Source: a virus (taxonomy: Duplodnaviria; Caudoviricetes). From it: a DNA stretch of 64,000 bases. The stretch spans positions 32,001 through 96,000 of IMG/VR virus record IMGVR_UViG_3300035522_000179; one strand, given 5' to 3'. The first letter of the stretch is position 1. Each line of letters starts with the position of its first letter. The notes under the pieces are model-generated. The model saw nothing but the letters and a program-made list of their open reading frames with translations, had not been told where the DNA came from and ran no database searches. A program made the translations under genes and the position numbers. Shown here piece by piece: positions 15,602 to 26,922 of the stretch.

Positions 15602-17749
15602 ATGGAAGATCGAGTTAGTTTTATTGAAGGAGTAACCAAATACGACCCCGAAATAAACGTGGTTGGGAAAGAAGTAATGGATGAAAGAGTTGCCGTGGTA
15701 TTTGATCAGATTGCAGAAATTCTGCAAAAATCTTTGGGACCTATGGGCGCTCATACCATTATTTCTCAGTCCCCTTTTTATCATGTGACGAAAGATGGAT
15801 TTACCATCATGAAGAACTTAAGATACAATTCTGAGTATGGTTATGTGGACCAGGTGATTGCAGGAATGATCTCAGACATCTGTGGAAGATTAAACTTCGC
15901 AGTAGGAGATGGCACAACTTCTGCAGTTGTTGCATCCAACCATATGTATCAGGTTTTCTTAAGTAATAACGAAGAACTGACACAGAAGTTCTTCTTGCCT
16001 AGAAATATTATCAATCGTATGAAAGAACTTACGAATGATATCATAGAGGATTTAAGTTCCAATGCAACCGATATCAAGTCTCTTCCGGTTGATGAGATGT
16101 GTAACGCAATAAGAGACGTTGTATACATCTCTTCCAATGCGGATAAGGAAATGACCGATATTATTGTGAACTTATACAAAGAACTGGAATATCCAGCAAT
16201 CAATGTGGTAAAATCCGCAGATGGAGTTACCAGAGGAAAAGTGATTGATGGATTTATGTTTCCTGCAAAGCTTATGGATAAGCTTTATGTAAATAACGAT
16301 AACAAAACGCAGGAAGGAACGGATTACGACATTCTGATCTTTGATCACAAGGTGGGATTACCGGCTTATAATTATATCTTAAAGCCCCTCTCCCATATGT
16401 CGAAAACAAGAGGTCGTAAGCTTATTTGTTTGGCTCCGAACTACGATGAAGTAGCATTACAAGGAGATATCCAAAATGCTTTGAATGCAGAGTATCGGGC
16501 AACCAGAGATATTTCTTTGGTTCTTATGGGATATAAAGCAACGACATCGAACGACAGAGCCAGAGTTACGGATTTGGCAATGCTTTGCAATACCCAAGTA
16601 ATCACGAAATCCATGGAGAATGAACTTTGTGCAAAAGTAGAGAAGATCCTCATGAATCCGGATAATAACGGCGTAATAGCAGATTGTGATTTCCCTTTCA
16701 ATATGGATTTTCGAAATATCGAAGGAATTAAAATTGTTCTTCCATTGGATCATGTTACAGTGACCTATACGGAGGAAGAGTTTGGCACGATGTTCTATAG
16801 TGACGCTTCTCGTACAGAAGAAGATATCTATTTGAGAGTCGGATTTGTTGGTGAGGTATCTCTGGCATTGGACGGAGAATCCACCTTCAACAAATTCTAT
16901 TATGATCAAATCATTTACGATAGATATTTAAAAGATGCAGAGATGCAGCTTGAACTCGTAACAGAGAAATACAAGAGACTTGCTACTTTTAACTTCGAGA
17001 TTGATGAAGCAAGAAAGAGACTTCTTGGGTTGAAACTGAAGATGGGTCAGATCGAAGTCGGTGCAACCTCTGAGTTTTCTCAGGAGTTTTTAAGAGATGC
17101 TATGGATGATGCCGTACTTGCGGCACAGTCTGCTTATTCCAATGGAATTATCCTTGGTGGACACATCAGCCTATTGAGATCGATTCGGAACCTGATGAAG
17201 AAATCTACAAATGAATCGGATAAGTTTTTATTGGAGTGCTTCTTTGAAGCGTTCTGTCATGTTCGATTCTCTGTACTTGGAAATGGTTTCGACAATAAAG
17301 TCATTAGCATAAATAATCTTTTGAAGGAATATCGAAAGGAAGACAAGTATAAAGATGCACCGTCAGATACAAGGATTATCTCCGATGAGTTCTTCAATAT
17401 TTTACAAAAGTACTCAGGAGTTGAAATCACTACAAAAGATGAAAATTCGTATGCGAAAATGTTTACTTTTATACACTGTCTTTTGAGTGAACTTCATATC
17501 GATAACTCAGATAAATATAAAGATATCACCTTGTTTGATTTAATCGTTGAATTTGAGATTTACATGGGTCTTGTGTTAAATTTGGATATGAATCAGTCCA
17601 GCACCAAGCCAGTAATCTATTTCGACGATAAAGTGGTAAATAGTCTTGCAACGGATCGAGAGATTTTAATTGCTTCTTCTGACCTTGTTGGTTTGCTTAC
17701 CACAGGAAATCAGTTGGTAATTTCTAGATCAAACACCGCAAGATATTAA
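15602..17749 (+). CDS. Phage chaperonin, GroEL-like (elongated)
   Basis: SLGPMG, VTKDGFTI, GDGTTSA, DDAVLAAQSA, GIILGG motifs; late motif at 15560-15571. Confidence 0.92.
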   Translation: MEDRVSFIEGVTKYDPEINVVGKEVMDERVAVVFDQIAEILQKSLGPMGAHTIISQSPFYHVTKDGFTIMKNLRYNSEYGYVDQVIAGMISDICGRLNFAVGDGTTSAVVASNHMYQVFLSNNEELTQKFFLPRNIINRMKELTNDIIEDLSSNATDIKSLPVDEMCNAIRDVVYISSNADKEMTDIIVNLYKELEYPAINVVKSADGVTRGKVIDGFMFPAKLMDKLYVNNDNKTQEGTDYDILIFDHKVGLPAYNYILKPLSHMSKTRGRKLICLAPNYDEVALQGDIQNALNAEYRATRDISLVLMGYKATTSNDRARVTDLAMLCNTQVITKSMENELCAKVEKILMNPDNNGVIADCDFPFNMDFRNIEGIKIVLPLDHVTVTYTEEEFGTMFYSDASRTEEDIYLRVGFVGEVSLALDGESTFNKFYYDQIIYDRYLKDAEMQLELVTEKYKRLATFNFEIDEARKRLLGLKLKMGQIEVGATSEFSQEFLRDAMDDAVLAAQSAYSNGIILGGHISLLRSIRNLMKKSTNESDKFLLECFFEAFCHVRFSVLGNGFDNKVISINNLLKEYRKEDKYKDAPSDTRIISDEFFNILQKYSGVEITTKDENSYAKMFTFIHCLLSELHIDNSDKYKDITLFDLIVEFEIYMGLVLNLDMNQSSTKPVIYFDDKVVNSLATDREILIASSDLVGLLTTGNQLVISRSNTARY

Positions 17750-17767
17750 AAGAAAGGAAATGGTTTT

Positions 17768-18586
17768 ATGGCAAATGGTGCTGTTTACCAAACCTTAAGC
17801 GAATTTTTTTATAATCCCTTTGGAGTAGATGCTTCCAAAGAAATTCAGAAGTTATCTCCTAAGTATGAAAAGAGTAAAGCGAGGATTGAACTCCATGGAT
17901 ATGCTATCCTGGATGATTCGTATTATTTTCATATTTGGATCCCTTCCGATTCACAACCGGGGAAGAAATACGATGTGGTAATTCAGTTTCTTCCCCCGAA
18001 GGGGATTGAAATTGAATCGACCCTGGATCATTATGTGATTCAGTTCTTTTCCAATTCACCGAGTTTTATTTATAAATATGCAGTTCTTTACAAAGAAAAA
18101 GGATATATGATTGACGCACTACAGTCAAAATTAGATCCTGAGTATGCAGGTAAAGCTCCGGTGGTTTCCAATGCGCAATTAGCGTTAAGCATTGATAAAT
18201 CGATTTATTTTGCCGTAAGATTTCTTTACGAGAATCGACTTACGTATTTATCAAAACCTTCTCTTCGATATGTCACGAAGTTTGACTTTAGGTTCTTGGT
18301 TTCATCCATTGATGATAACAAAACTTCCTTAGGACGAACCGCGTATGATATTGAGAAGGAAGCAATCAAAGAAGGAAAAAGCGATAGAGATAAAATCACA
18401 AAGAAAGTAAAAAAGGCGTTAGGAATCAAAACGCCAGAAGATGACAACAGAGGAATTGGTAAAAAATCCAAAAAAACCGCTGTAACATCTACCATTACTG
18501 GTGGACGAAAAAGTCCAATTCAATCAAAGAAACAACCCATCGGTAAGAATAAAAAGATTACCGCTGGGAGAAGGACTGGAAAATAG
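17768..18586 (+). CDS. Hypothetical protein with basic C-terminal tail
   Basis: 272-aa ORF directly downstream of the chaperonin gene. Confidence 0.65.
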   Translation: MANGAVYQTLSEFFYNPFGVDASKEIQKLSPKYEKSKARIELHGYAILDDSYYFHIWIPSDSQPGKKYDVVIQFLPPKGIEIESTLDHYVIQFFSNSPSFIYKYAVLYKEKGYMIDALQSKLDPEYAGKAPVVSNAQLALSIDKSIYFAVRFLYENRLTYLSKPSLRYVTKFDFRFLVSSIDDNKTSLGRTAYDIEKEAIKEGKSDRDKITKKVKKALGIKTPEDDNRGIGKKSKKTAVTSTITGGRKSPIQSKKQPIGKNKKITAGRRTGK

Positions 18587-18654
18587 GATTTTTGATTTTT
18601 ATCAATATACTATTCCTTTGAGTATATCAAAATAGAAGAAAGGAAAGTATCGAA

Positions 18655-21353
18655 ATGGGAAGACGCAAGAAAAGCGAAAGCGAATTGATGTCAGAAGGTG
18701 ATAAACCTTTTATTGATAGGTCTACCTTAAAGGCACCTATTAATGAGTGGGTCGAAACCGCTTCAGAGCGATATTTGATACCAGACACCTCTCAGTGCTT
18801 TATCTTATTTGATAAAGCATTAGGAATGCCTATCCTCGAAAAATATAGGCAGTTTTCAGTAAAGAAAGATTCGTATTCCAATCAGTTACCTATTATTTGT
18901 CGCTACATTAATTTCTTTATTCATGAATACGACAAAGAACAAGAACTGATCAATGCTTATTTGAATCTGAAGTTCTCTGTAGATAATCCAGACGGAGATA
19001 TTTACTTTAGTGGAAACTCAGATGAAGCAATTAATGCATTCTATCACTATGTGTATGATGTGATGTTTACGGATTCCATGGTGAAAAAGATTCATCAATT
19101 AGTGGAAGACAACTATCTGGATGATATCGAACAAGGAGATGGGTCGAAGAAGTACGTAACAAAAGAGAAAAAACATTTGGAATCTTTGGAGTTTACCAAC
19201 GAGCATATTAAAACCTTATTAAAGATCAGTTTTGGAATTAAGATGCTTACTCCAATCATCTTCCATTACTATTCCAAGAATGGTGTTATAATCAACAAAG
19301 AAACACCGTACTTGTTTCGTGCTTATAGACCTTTGTTCGACATCTTCAGTGATACTTGTAATATGTACAACAAGTTATTCGTGTACGTGGACAATCGTTT
19401 TAGCGTACATTAAACCTCTTTAACTGCGGGAAACTTACATCAACTGATGTACGCCTATTAAATTATAGGTGCCGGTTAGTTCTTTACTACTAAACTATTA
19501 TAGCAATATAATAGTGGCAATGGGTAACTCCAAAGGTATAGTAAAAAGGTAAAGAATACGGACAATCCGCAACCAAGCATACTTGATTGATATAATTTAT
19601 TCTTATTTATATAAATAGGAGATGATATTTATATGAATAAAAAAAGCATGAGCTTAAAAGATAGATTAAAGCAAATTGGTGTATATGATGATTGGGTTCC
19701 TATATCTTACAAAGGATTAGAAACTACTTATGTTTGTAATGAAAATGGGGATATAGCAAATACCAAACGTAAAGGAAATGCATATGAACATTCTGTATTT
19801 AAAATATTAAAACCTATAAAAATGCCGAATGAATATTATGTTGTTACTTTATCAATAAACGGCAAAACATATCGAGAATATGTTCACAGAATTATAGCTA
19901 TGGCATTTTTGGAAATACCAGAAAAATATGCATCTCTGAACTTAACTGTAGAAATGCTTGAGGTAAATCATAAGGATGGAAACAAAGGAAACAATGCTCT
20001 TTATAATCTAGAATGGTCTACGGGTACCGATAATAAAAAGCACGCATACCAAACTGGATTAAGCAAAGTTGGAGAAGATAATTCACTCTCTTTGTATACA
20101 AATGATCAAGTACATAAAGTTTGTCATCTATTAGAAGAAAACAAATTGAAACCATCGACAAACTCAAAAAGAATAAATAAGAAATTATATCAAGCAAGTA
20201 TGAAGGCTCAACGACTAGGGAAAGCTAGACAACCGCACTGATAGAAATATCGAAATAGAACTTTATAGTTTTAGGTGGTTTGATACGCGAGTAGGTCCAA
20301 TCATAGGACGAAATGTAGGTGAGGTAAAAATACCAAAAATCCGAAATGGGAGGCTCTAATATATTTGGTAATAGAATATATTGGAAGAAGATATAGTCTG
20401 GCGGCTATGGAGACATAGAAGATGAGAGTAAAACGAAAGTCATGGAGAATAAAAGCAACAATGATAGGATTTATCAGCAAAGAGAGATCCTTGGAGTTGA
20501 TGAATTTTCTGTTATCCATAAATTTATAAGAGTTGTTTTGATTAGTGAAAATATCGTCAAGTTTAAGTTTAATGAAAATTGGGATGCTTCGCAAAAGAAA
20601 TACAAAGAAAACGTGACCGGGTTTATCAAGACCATAATTAAATATCAACTTATGTATTTCATTAAGGAGCAACACAGCAAAGGATTTACTGAACTTACTT
20701 ATGCAAGAAATGCAGATGGATTATCCGGAATAGATAAGATGGAAATGCAACAGGAGAAACTGGATGAAGGTGCGATTATTATTGCACATGAATCTGTAGA
20801 GAGTGAAGTAGACAGACTCTTGAAAGAGTATGATATTCATATTTCAGAGGAAGAGCTCACCTACTACATTCAGAATTTCCATATCCAACCTATCCATCAG
20901 GAACTGATCATGAATCTGTTTGCATCAAACCTTGGATCTTTCAGAAATACCTTAGGTGTAAGTCGAGTAGATTTTATTAAACTTGCTTTGTTATTGAAGA
21001 AAAGAATCTTAAAAGATTCTGGATTTGACGATACCTCTGTTTTCACAAACAGAGTTGCACTTCCTTACATATTGACAGGAAACGTAAAGGAGAAAATCAA
21101 TACAAGATTAATTCGTAATGCAAAGTTTAAAGAAGACTGTGAAGATAGTTATATCATCAGTGATCTTTTGAATAACCAGTATCGATATCTGGAGGAGATT
21201 GATCCTGACAGAATTATGACAATTCTTTCTACCATCAACAATACGGTCTTTACTTATTGCTGTTACGAAAATCAAGAAATCTTTGGAAAAGAAATCAACG
21301 TGGAGAAGAATTCTATTACTGATGAACTGGGATTCTTCTTACGAACGATGTGA
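18655..21353 (+). CDS. Intron-split 552-aa protein, join(18655..19388,20429..21353); candidate nvRNAP promoter-specificity subunit (AR9 gp226/phiKZ gp68-like)
   Basis: Splicing restores the frame (...LFVYV-KTKVMENK...); early motif at 18605; two genes from the chaperonin, as I recall for AR9 g228/g226; function inferred. Confidence 0.55.
19389..20428 (+). ncRNA. Group I self-splicing intron
   Basis: P1 GTACGT/GCGTAC with U-G pair; P AACTGCGGGAAAC; Q AATCCGCAACC; R TCAACGACTA; S AAGATATAGTCT; terminal G at 20428; P10 TCGTTTTA pairs with exon-2 TAAAACGA. Confidence 0.92.
19633..20241 (+). CDS. Intron-encoded HNH homing endonuclease (I-HmuI-like)
   Basis: YVHRIIAMAF...EVNHKDGNKGNNALYNLEWST..DNKKHA. 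Confidence 0.9.
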   Translation: MNKKSMSLKDRLKQIGVYDDWVPISYKGLETTYVCNENGDIANTKRKGNAYEHSVFKILKPIKMPNEYYVVTLSINGKTYREYVHRIIAMAFLEIPEKYASLNLTVEMLEVNHKDGNKGNNALYNLEWSTGTDNKKHAYQTGLSKVGEDNSLSLYTNDQVHKVCHLLEENKLKPSTNSKRINKKLYQASMKAQRLGKARQPH

Positions 21354-21458
21354 ATAATCAATCTACATAGACTATGAATTATATGGTCTATGTAGATTAT
21401 TTTTCAAAAAGTTATCAAAACTTTATATTAAAAATAAAAGGAAAGGATAATTTAAATC

Positions 21459-22598
21459 ATGAAAAACACTAAAGATATTTTCTCGAATAATAATTATGGT
21501 TATGCTATATATAATGAATTAGAAGAAATGGAAACGGCTTCAAAGTTCACTGGGAAAATGGCATACACCGGCTTTTTGTATTTGGTTTTAGGGTTTTTCT
21601 GTTATTTATATTACATTCACATCACAGAGATGGTGATTCCTATCTTCATTACGATAATCATTACATCCCTTTCTATGATAGCGGCTTCTCAATTATCGTA
21701 TATCATAGGAATCAAATCATCCATTAAAAAACTATCAAAACTAGAGAAGTTAAGAGTACGATCCAATGAAAACTTTGATATGATGTCTGGTTGGGATATC
21801 ATCTGTAAAGAGGTCTATGGATACAAAGCTTTGACAACGTACATACTTTTCTATATCATTCCTTTAGTGATTATGTGTATTTTACGTGTTCATACATTTG
21901 ACCTTGGAATAAATCTTGGGATTTATTTAGGTCAGATTGTAGCTGGAGTTTTCATCTACTATGCACTAGAGGATTATATCAAGTTAAACAAAGTAAAATT
22001 TACCAGAAGAGTATTCTTTCGGAGTGCTGCAGAATCCTCTTTGACAAATGTACGAGATGTCAATTTATCCGTTGTGGTAAACAGTAGAAGATATATCGGT
22101 CTTAATAATAAACTGATGTACAATCTTCCAAATGATTTATCCACGTTTAAAGAAAGAACCACGAACTCGATTGTGATTATGGGAAGAAAAACCTATGAGT
22201 CTTTAAATAAAAAGGCGTTATCCAATCGGATCAATATTATCATCAGTTCCAATTCGGATCTTTATATGGACAATGACAGATGCATTTGTGTAAGAGCAAG
22301 ATCGGCAGAGGGAGCACTTGCAATGGCAAGAGCTTATATCTTTGAATCGAAGGTAATTCTGAAAGAAGACGTGTACAATGATATTTGGGTAATTGGAGGT
22401 TTACAAACCTTTCAATCCTTTATGCCTTTTGTAGATAAGATCTATGAAAGAGTTGTGATAAACAGCAATATTGGAGATACCCAATGGTTTTTCGATACTA
22501 CAGATTTTGAATTATCACATACGAGTGAAACATCGAAAGATGGAAAGGGAATCGTTATGTATGACACATTCGAAAATTTATATGTTAGAAGGGATTAA
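21459..22598 (+). CDS. Dihydrofolate reductase fused to an N-terminal multi-pass membrane domain
   Basis: IGLNNKL..LPNDLSTFK.RT...VIMGRKTYESL..LSNRINIIIS, IWVIGG; four hydrophobic stretches in the first ~170 aa. Confidence 0.8.
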   Translation: MKNTKDIFSNNNYGYAIYNELEEMETASKFTGKMAYTGFLYLVLGFFCYLYYIHITEMVIPIFITIIITSLSMIAASQLSYIIGIKSSIKKLSKLEKLRVRSNENFDMMSGWDIICKEVYGYKALTTYILFYIIPLVIMCILRVHTFDLGINLGIYLGQIVAGVFIYYALEDYIKLNKVKFTRRVFFRSAAESSLTNVRDVNLSVVVNSRRYIGLNNKLMYNLPNDLSTFKERTTNSIVIMGRKTYESLNKKALSNRINIIISSNSDLYMDNDRCICVRARSAEGALAMARAYIFESKVILKEDVYNDIWVIGGLQTFQSFMPFVDKIYERVVINSNIGDTQWFFDTTDFELSHTSETSKDGKGIVMYDTFENLYVRRD

Positions 22599-22600
22599 AA

Positions 22601-23257
22601 ATGGGAGAAAATGAAAAGAATGATTCTTCTTCAAGATTAATTCAGCCATTTACGTTACGGGAGTTTATTGAGTATATGAGAGATCATGATTATCCGTTTC
22701 TTACTCATAACTCCTATGCGCTGGAATTTTTGATATTTTCAGATGATATGATTCATCCAAATGAAAATCATTCGCCAACGATTATGTTAGGATTACCTTC
22801 CTGTGAAAATGTAGCGAAGGAAATCATTCATATCGCAATGAATCATGATGAAGAATTGATCAAAAACACAATGGAGTCTTATCAATACAAGAGTTATTTG
22901 GATTTTCTTGTGGAAAACTATGAGGTTATTTATATCAATCATTGGCAAGCAAAAACAGCTCTCACCGTATCCGATGAGCAAGCATATGTTCTTAAGATTT
23001 TAAACCTTTTGGGGTATGTAACAGATCAATCTCTTGAATCACAGAGAATTGTTATACGAAACGCGTTAGATGCGTGTATCAACGACGGGACTGCTACTGT
23101 TTATAAAGGATGTGCATTCGTCGATTATGATTTATGCAATGATGCGTTACAAAAAGAAATCAGGGACTCAGGAATCCCTGAAGAAGAACTTCATGATTAT
23201 TTCTATCGAAACATCAGTGGAGAATTGTTTAAGATTAAGAAACCAATACAGACATAG
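22601..23257 (+). CDS. Hypothetical protein
   Basis: 218-aa ORF starting 2 nt after the upstream stop. Confidence 0.6.
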   Translation: MGENEKNDSSSRLIQPFTLREFIEYMRDHDYPFLTHNSYALEFLIFSDDMIHPNENHSPTIMLGLPSCENVAKEIIHIAMNHDEELIKNTMESYQYKSYLDFLVENYEVIYINHWQAKTALTVSDEQAYVLKILNLLGYVTDQSLESQRIVIRNALDACINDGTATVYKGCAFVDYDLCNDALQKEIRDSGIPEEELHDYFYRNISGELFKIKKPIQT

Positions 23258-23327
23258 TTTCTGTATTGGTTTCTTATTTTATGTTCATTTTGACAATTTT
23301 ATAAGACGATGAAAGTGAGAAGTAATC

Positions 23328-24377
23328 ATGACAAATAAAGATATCAAAATCAAGTTTATTAATCGTCTTATGGCTAGGGACGAATGGACGAAGAAACAAA
23401 GTGATACGGAATATGTAACCAGGTGCCCGTATTGTGGAGATAGTTCTGATCCCTCTCACGGACACTTTTACATTAACGTGAACTTGGAAGACAATTCAAA
23501 TATTGTCTATAACTGTTTTAAATGCCCAGCAGGAGGAGTTCTTACCAATGATACTCTAGTAAGACTGGGAATTGATGATATAGAGTTAAAGTCAGATATT
23601 CTGCTTTTGAATAAGACCGCGGATGTTCCTGACAAAAAACAAATTGGTGGAGAACTCATTAATATCTTTGAGTATCATCCACCTAAAATTACTTTAGGTC
23701 CGAAAACGGATTACATTAAAAACCGGCTTGGTTATGACTTTCGTATGGAGGATTATCAAAAGTTAAAAGTCATTACATCCTTTGCAGACTTCGTAGAAGA
23801 AAACCACATTAAAAAATTAATGTGCTCACGAGAAATTGCAAGGATGCTTGATGCTTACTACGTGGGATTTTTAAGTTATGGGAATTCGCATATTCTGTTT
23901 CGTGATGTTACTGACAAGATGAAATTATCTTGGGTGAAGTATCCAATCACTGAGAAATCACGGGATAACAGAATCTTTTATTCCATATCTTCTCAAATTG
24001 ATCCCTATACCGAAGGACTCATAACCATAAACCTATGCGAAGGGGTGATAGATGCAGCTTCTATTTATTACAATCTTGGTTACTGTAATGAGAACACGAT
24101 TACGATTGCAGTAACAGGAAAATATTATGAACCCATTGTGAGATATTTGATTGGACTGGGATTATTTGGGTCAAATGTGGAATTGAATATCTTCGCAGAC
24201 AACGATGCAAAGTTCAATAAGAAGAACAAAGCAAAAGATACAAATCTAGAATTTTACAAAAAGATATTTAAGAATATCAAGTTCTTGTTTAAGAATGTCA
24301 GAGTTTATTACAATATCTTGCGAAAAGACTGTGGATATCCGAAAGAATTTATATCTTTGGTAGACTATAAATTATAG
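23328..24377 (+). CDS. DNA primase-like protein (Zn finger + TOPRIM)
   Basis: CPYCGD...H...CFKC; CEGVIDA; FADND; KDCG. Confidence 0.75.
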   Translation: MTNKDIKIKFINRLMARDEWTKKQSDTEYVTRCPYCGDSSDPSHGHFYINVNLEDNSNIVYNCFKCPAGGVLTNDTLVRLGIDDIELKSDILLLNKTADVPDKKQIGGELINIFEYHPPKITLGPKTDYIKNRLGYDFRMEDYQKLKVITSFADFVEENHIKKLMCSREIARMLDAYYVGFLSYGNSHILFRDVTDKMKLSWVKYPITEKSRDNRIFYSISSQIDPYTEGLITINLCEGVIDAASIYYNLGYCNENTITIAVTGKYYEPIVRYLIGLGLFGSNVELNIFADNDAKFNKKNKAKDTNLEFYKKIFKNIKFLFKNVRVYYNILRKDCGYPKEFISLVDYKL

Positions 24378-24392
24378 AAAGGAAAAACGATT

Positions 24393-25178
24393 ATGAAAAG
24401 AATTATTACAACTGATTTTAGAGTAGGAAACTCAGTGTTATTTTTATGGAATCACAGACCTTATCTGGGAACTGTAATGATGATTCAAAAAGATGAATAT
24501 ATCATACAACTTACGTATCGGTTCCAGATTTATATAACAGATCCAGAAGGACTTCCTAGATTAAAAGAAAGAGGGCAGAATCTTTCTGGAGATCCTGTTG
24601 ATGTTATCTGGTATTATATCCCGAAAGAACTCTGTATTCATACAGGGGAGATTTGCGACTTCTCGAATCAGCCGTCGTTCTTTTCTTCGTATTTCTTACA
24701 GAATAAATATGATAGTATTGAAGAGGCGTATACCTATCTTCCGAAGTATAGTTTGGAACACCATTTACCGACTTCTTTCCCTTGGAGAAGAATCCCGATT
24801 GATGAGTTGATCATTGAGATGAGTAGTGGGAAATCCTTCTTCTACCGGTCGGATTCGACTTATGCAAAGAACGGAGAAATCTTAGAAGCAGAAGATGGAG
24901 AAATCGGAAAGCCCATGTGGAAGAACTACATTGTTCCGAGAGACGTGGTAAACAACAAAGAGCTGGTTCCGTATACGGAAGACAACATAAAGAAGATTTA
25001 CCGAATCGGGACCAGAGTTCCGGGAATGACTGTATGGGATATGTTCCGACTTGGGAAATGTGATTTGATTTATGATATAGAGCACCAGCCACAGAAGAAT
25101 AGTAAAGTCTATGGTTTAAAGACTGATACAGTGATTTGTGATGAGATGATCTTTGACAAATCTGATTTAAAAGTTTAA
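24393..25178 (+). CDS. Hypothetical protein
   Basis: 261-aa ORF, AAGGA RBS, hairpin terminator after the stop. Confidence 0.6.
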   Translation: MKRIITTDFRVGNSVLFLWNHRPYLGTVMMIQKDEYIIQLTYRFQIYITDPEGLPRLKERGQNLSGDPVDVIWYYIPKELCIHTGEICDFSNQPSFFSSYFLQNKYDSIEEAYTYLPKYSLEHHLPTSFPWRRIPIDELIIEMSSGKSFFYRSDSTYAKNGEILEAEDGEIGKPMWKNYIVPRDVVNNKELVPYTEDNIKKIYRIGTRVPGMTVWDMFRLGKCDLIYDIEHQPQKNSKVYGLKTDTVICDEMIFDKSDLKV

Positions 25179-25353
25179 ATAAGAGAGGATTCAACCAAAT
25201 CGGTTGAATCCTCTTTTTTATTTTTTAGGGTTATTTGAAGGTTTTATATTCCTTCGATAACCTTTTGATGCAGGAAACACTTCTGAAAAATCTACTTGAA
25301 CTGCTCCCTTTCTTTTCGCAACATCACTCATCGTTTCTTTTTTGTTATCTTTA

Positions 25354-26841
25354 TCACTCATCTACTTCACCTGCGATTTCATCATCCTCATTAGATAACA
25401 TCTCTTGTACTTTGCCTCTTATGGAATCTCCGGAAATAGTAACGGATGCAGTTGTTTCAGAGATTTGTTCTTCCTCATCCGAATCCTCTTCTAAATCTTC
25501 TTCATCTTCGAATTCAATCTCAACATCAGATTCATCCACTTCTTCTAGACTTTCTACAAGGTCATCATCAATTTCCTCTTCTTCTTTATCTACATTCGGC
25601 TCTTCACCGTTCTGCATTCTTTCATAAAGCATGAAGACTTCTTCGTAAGAATGAGCGTGCTTTGTATTCCATCCAGCTTCATCCAGCTCTTTTAACATTA
25701 ACAACTCTTCATCAATGATCTGTTGAAGAACTTTTTCCGGGTCATCCCCTTCTGCCAATGCTTTGTAAGAGTCATCATAGTAGCTTCCGAGCTCTCTCTT
25801 GATGTTTTCTCTGGCAGCTTCTTTTTTCTTAGCATTCATTTCCTCTTCTGCTTTGATTCTTTCCGGATGATACTTGTAGTTGGTATTGTGTTCTTTAAAG
25901 TATTCATGATTTACCGGATTATCAAAGTAGGAATAGAAGATTCGCATCTGTTTTAATACAGCGTTCTTCGTATCCTCCGTTGCTTCTCCCATCACGACAT
26001 CATTCAGAGCAGAAATAATTGCAGTAATATATCCAACTTCTCTGTCAGAACTTAAATCACAGAAACCGATGAATCTTACAACATAGAACAAAAAGAGATT
26101 ATTATAAGGAAGATAATCTTCCGGAAGAAGTGTCTCCTCCAGATTGTAAAACATGTAATGAACTGCGTACTTGCATCCGAGTTTATTCAGAGCATTGTAG
26201 TATTTATTCATTACATAGCTTCCTTTTTCTTTTGTAAAGTAAGATTCCTTTACGGATTTTACTTCACTCTTGGGGTGATTGATTAGTCTCTTTGTTAAGA
26301 AGGTAAGATCTTCTGTTTCTCTCAGAGTATCATATTGCTTCTGAAGTCTGGCATTCTCCAAAGGATCCGTGGTTTCCGAAATCCTTTGCAGAAGATCTTC
26401 ATGAATGTATTTTGCTTTGGCTGCTTTATACTCTGGAGATTTTAACTTCTTAACATAAGCATCAAACAACTCACCGCGATTCTGCTTCAGTTCTTCCAAG
26501 CTGTCTTTTGTTTCATCATAGGAAATAACGCTTTCCTTAATGGAATGAATTCTCTTTACGCAGAAATCAAAGAAAGGTGTTGATGTATCTCCTAATTTGT
26601 AATACTCTTCTTTGAATGCATTCTCATTGCAATCTCCTTTTTTCAGGAGGTCTTTAATAGAAATAAGATCCAAAGCATCAATCTGAGTATCTGACATATT
26701 TGCAACAATACGTGCAAATTTCTGGGTTATCCCAAATTCTCCGAGTGCTTCTTCCACACTCTTTTGATAATCCTCTACGGTGCTTTCATAAATTTCTAAA
26801 AGCTTGTCAAGTTCCTTTGTAGCATCCATAATCTCACTCAT
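25354..26841 (-). CDS. Hypothetical helical protein with a very acidic C-terminus
   Basis: 495-aa ORF, AAGGGA RBS. Confidence 0.7.
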   Translation of the reverse strand: MSEIMDATKELDKLLEIYESTVEDYQKSVEEALGEFGITQKFARIVANMSDTQIDALDLISIKDLLKKGDCNENAFKEEYYKLGDTSTPFFDFCVKRIHSIKESVISYDETKDSLEELKQNRGELFDAYVKKLKSPEYKAAKAKYIHEDLLQRISETTDPLENARLQKQYDTLRETEDLTFLTKRLINHPKSEVKSVKESYFTKEKGSYVMNKYYNALNKLGCKYAVHYMFYNLEETLLPEDYLPYNNLFLFYVVRFIGFCDLSSDREVGYITAIISALNDVVMGEATEDTKNAVLKQMRIFYSYFDNPVNHEYFKEHNTNYKYHPERIKAEEEMNAKKKEAARENIKRELGSYYDDSYKALAEGDDPEKVLQQIIDEELLMLKELDEAGWNTKHAHSYEEVFMLYERMQNGEEPNVDKEEEEIDDDLVESLEEVDESDVEIEFEDEEDLEEDSDEEEQISETTASVTISGDSIRGKVQEMLSNEDDEIAGEVDE

Positions 26842-26922
26842 ATGTTTCGTTCCCTTTCTTTTAAAAAATTACTATATTGTGCCTATCTAAATAATTATTT
26901 ATCACAATCATAACATATTTGT

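Noticed and set aside
18655-21353. Two separate genes or a pseudogene (18655..19413 and 20442..21353)
   Set aside because: Group I intron elements and in-frame splicing join them into one CDS.
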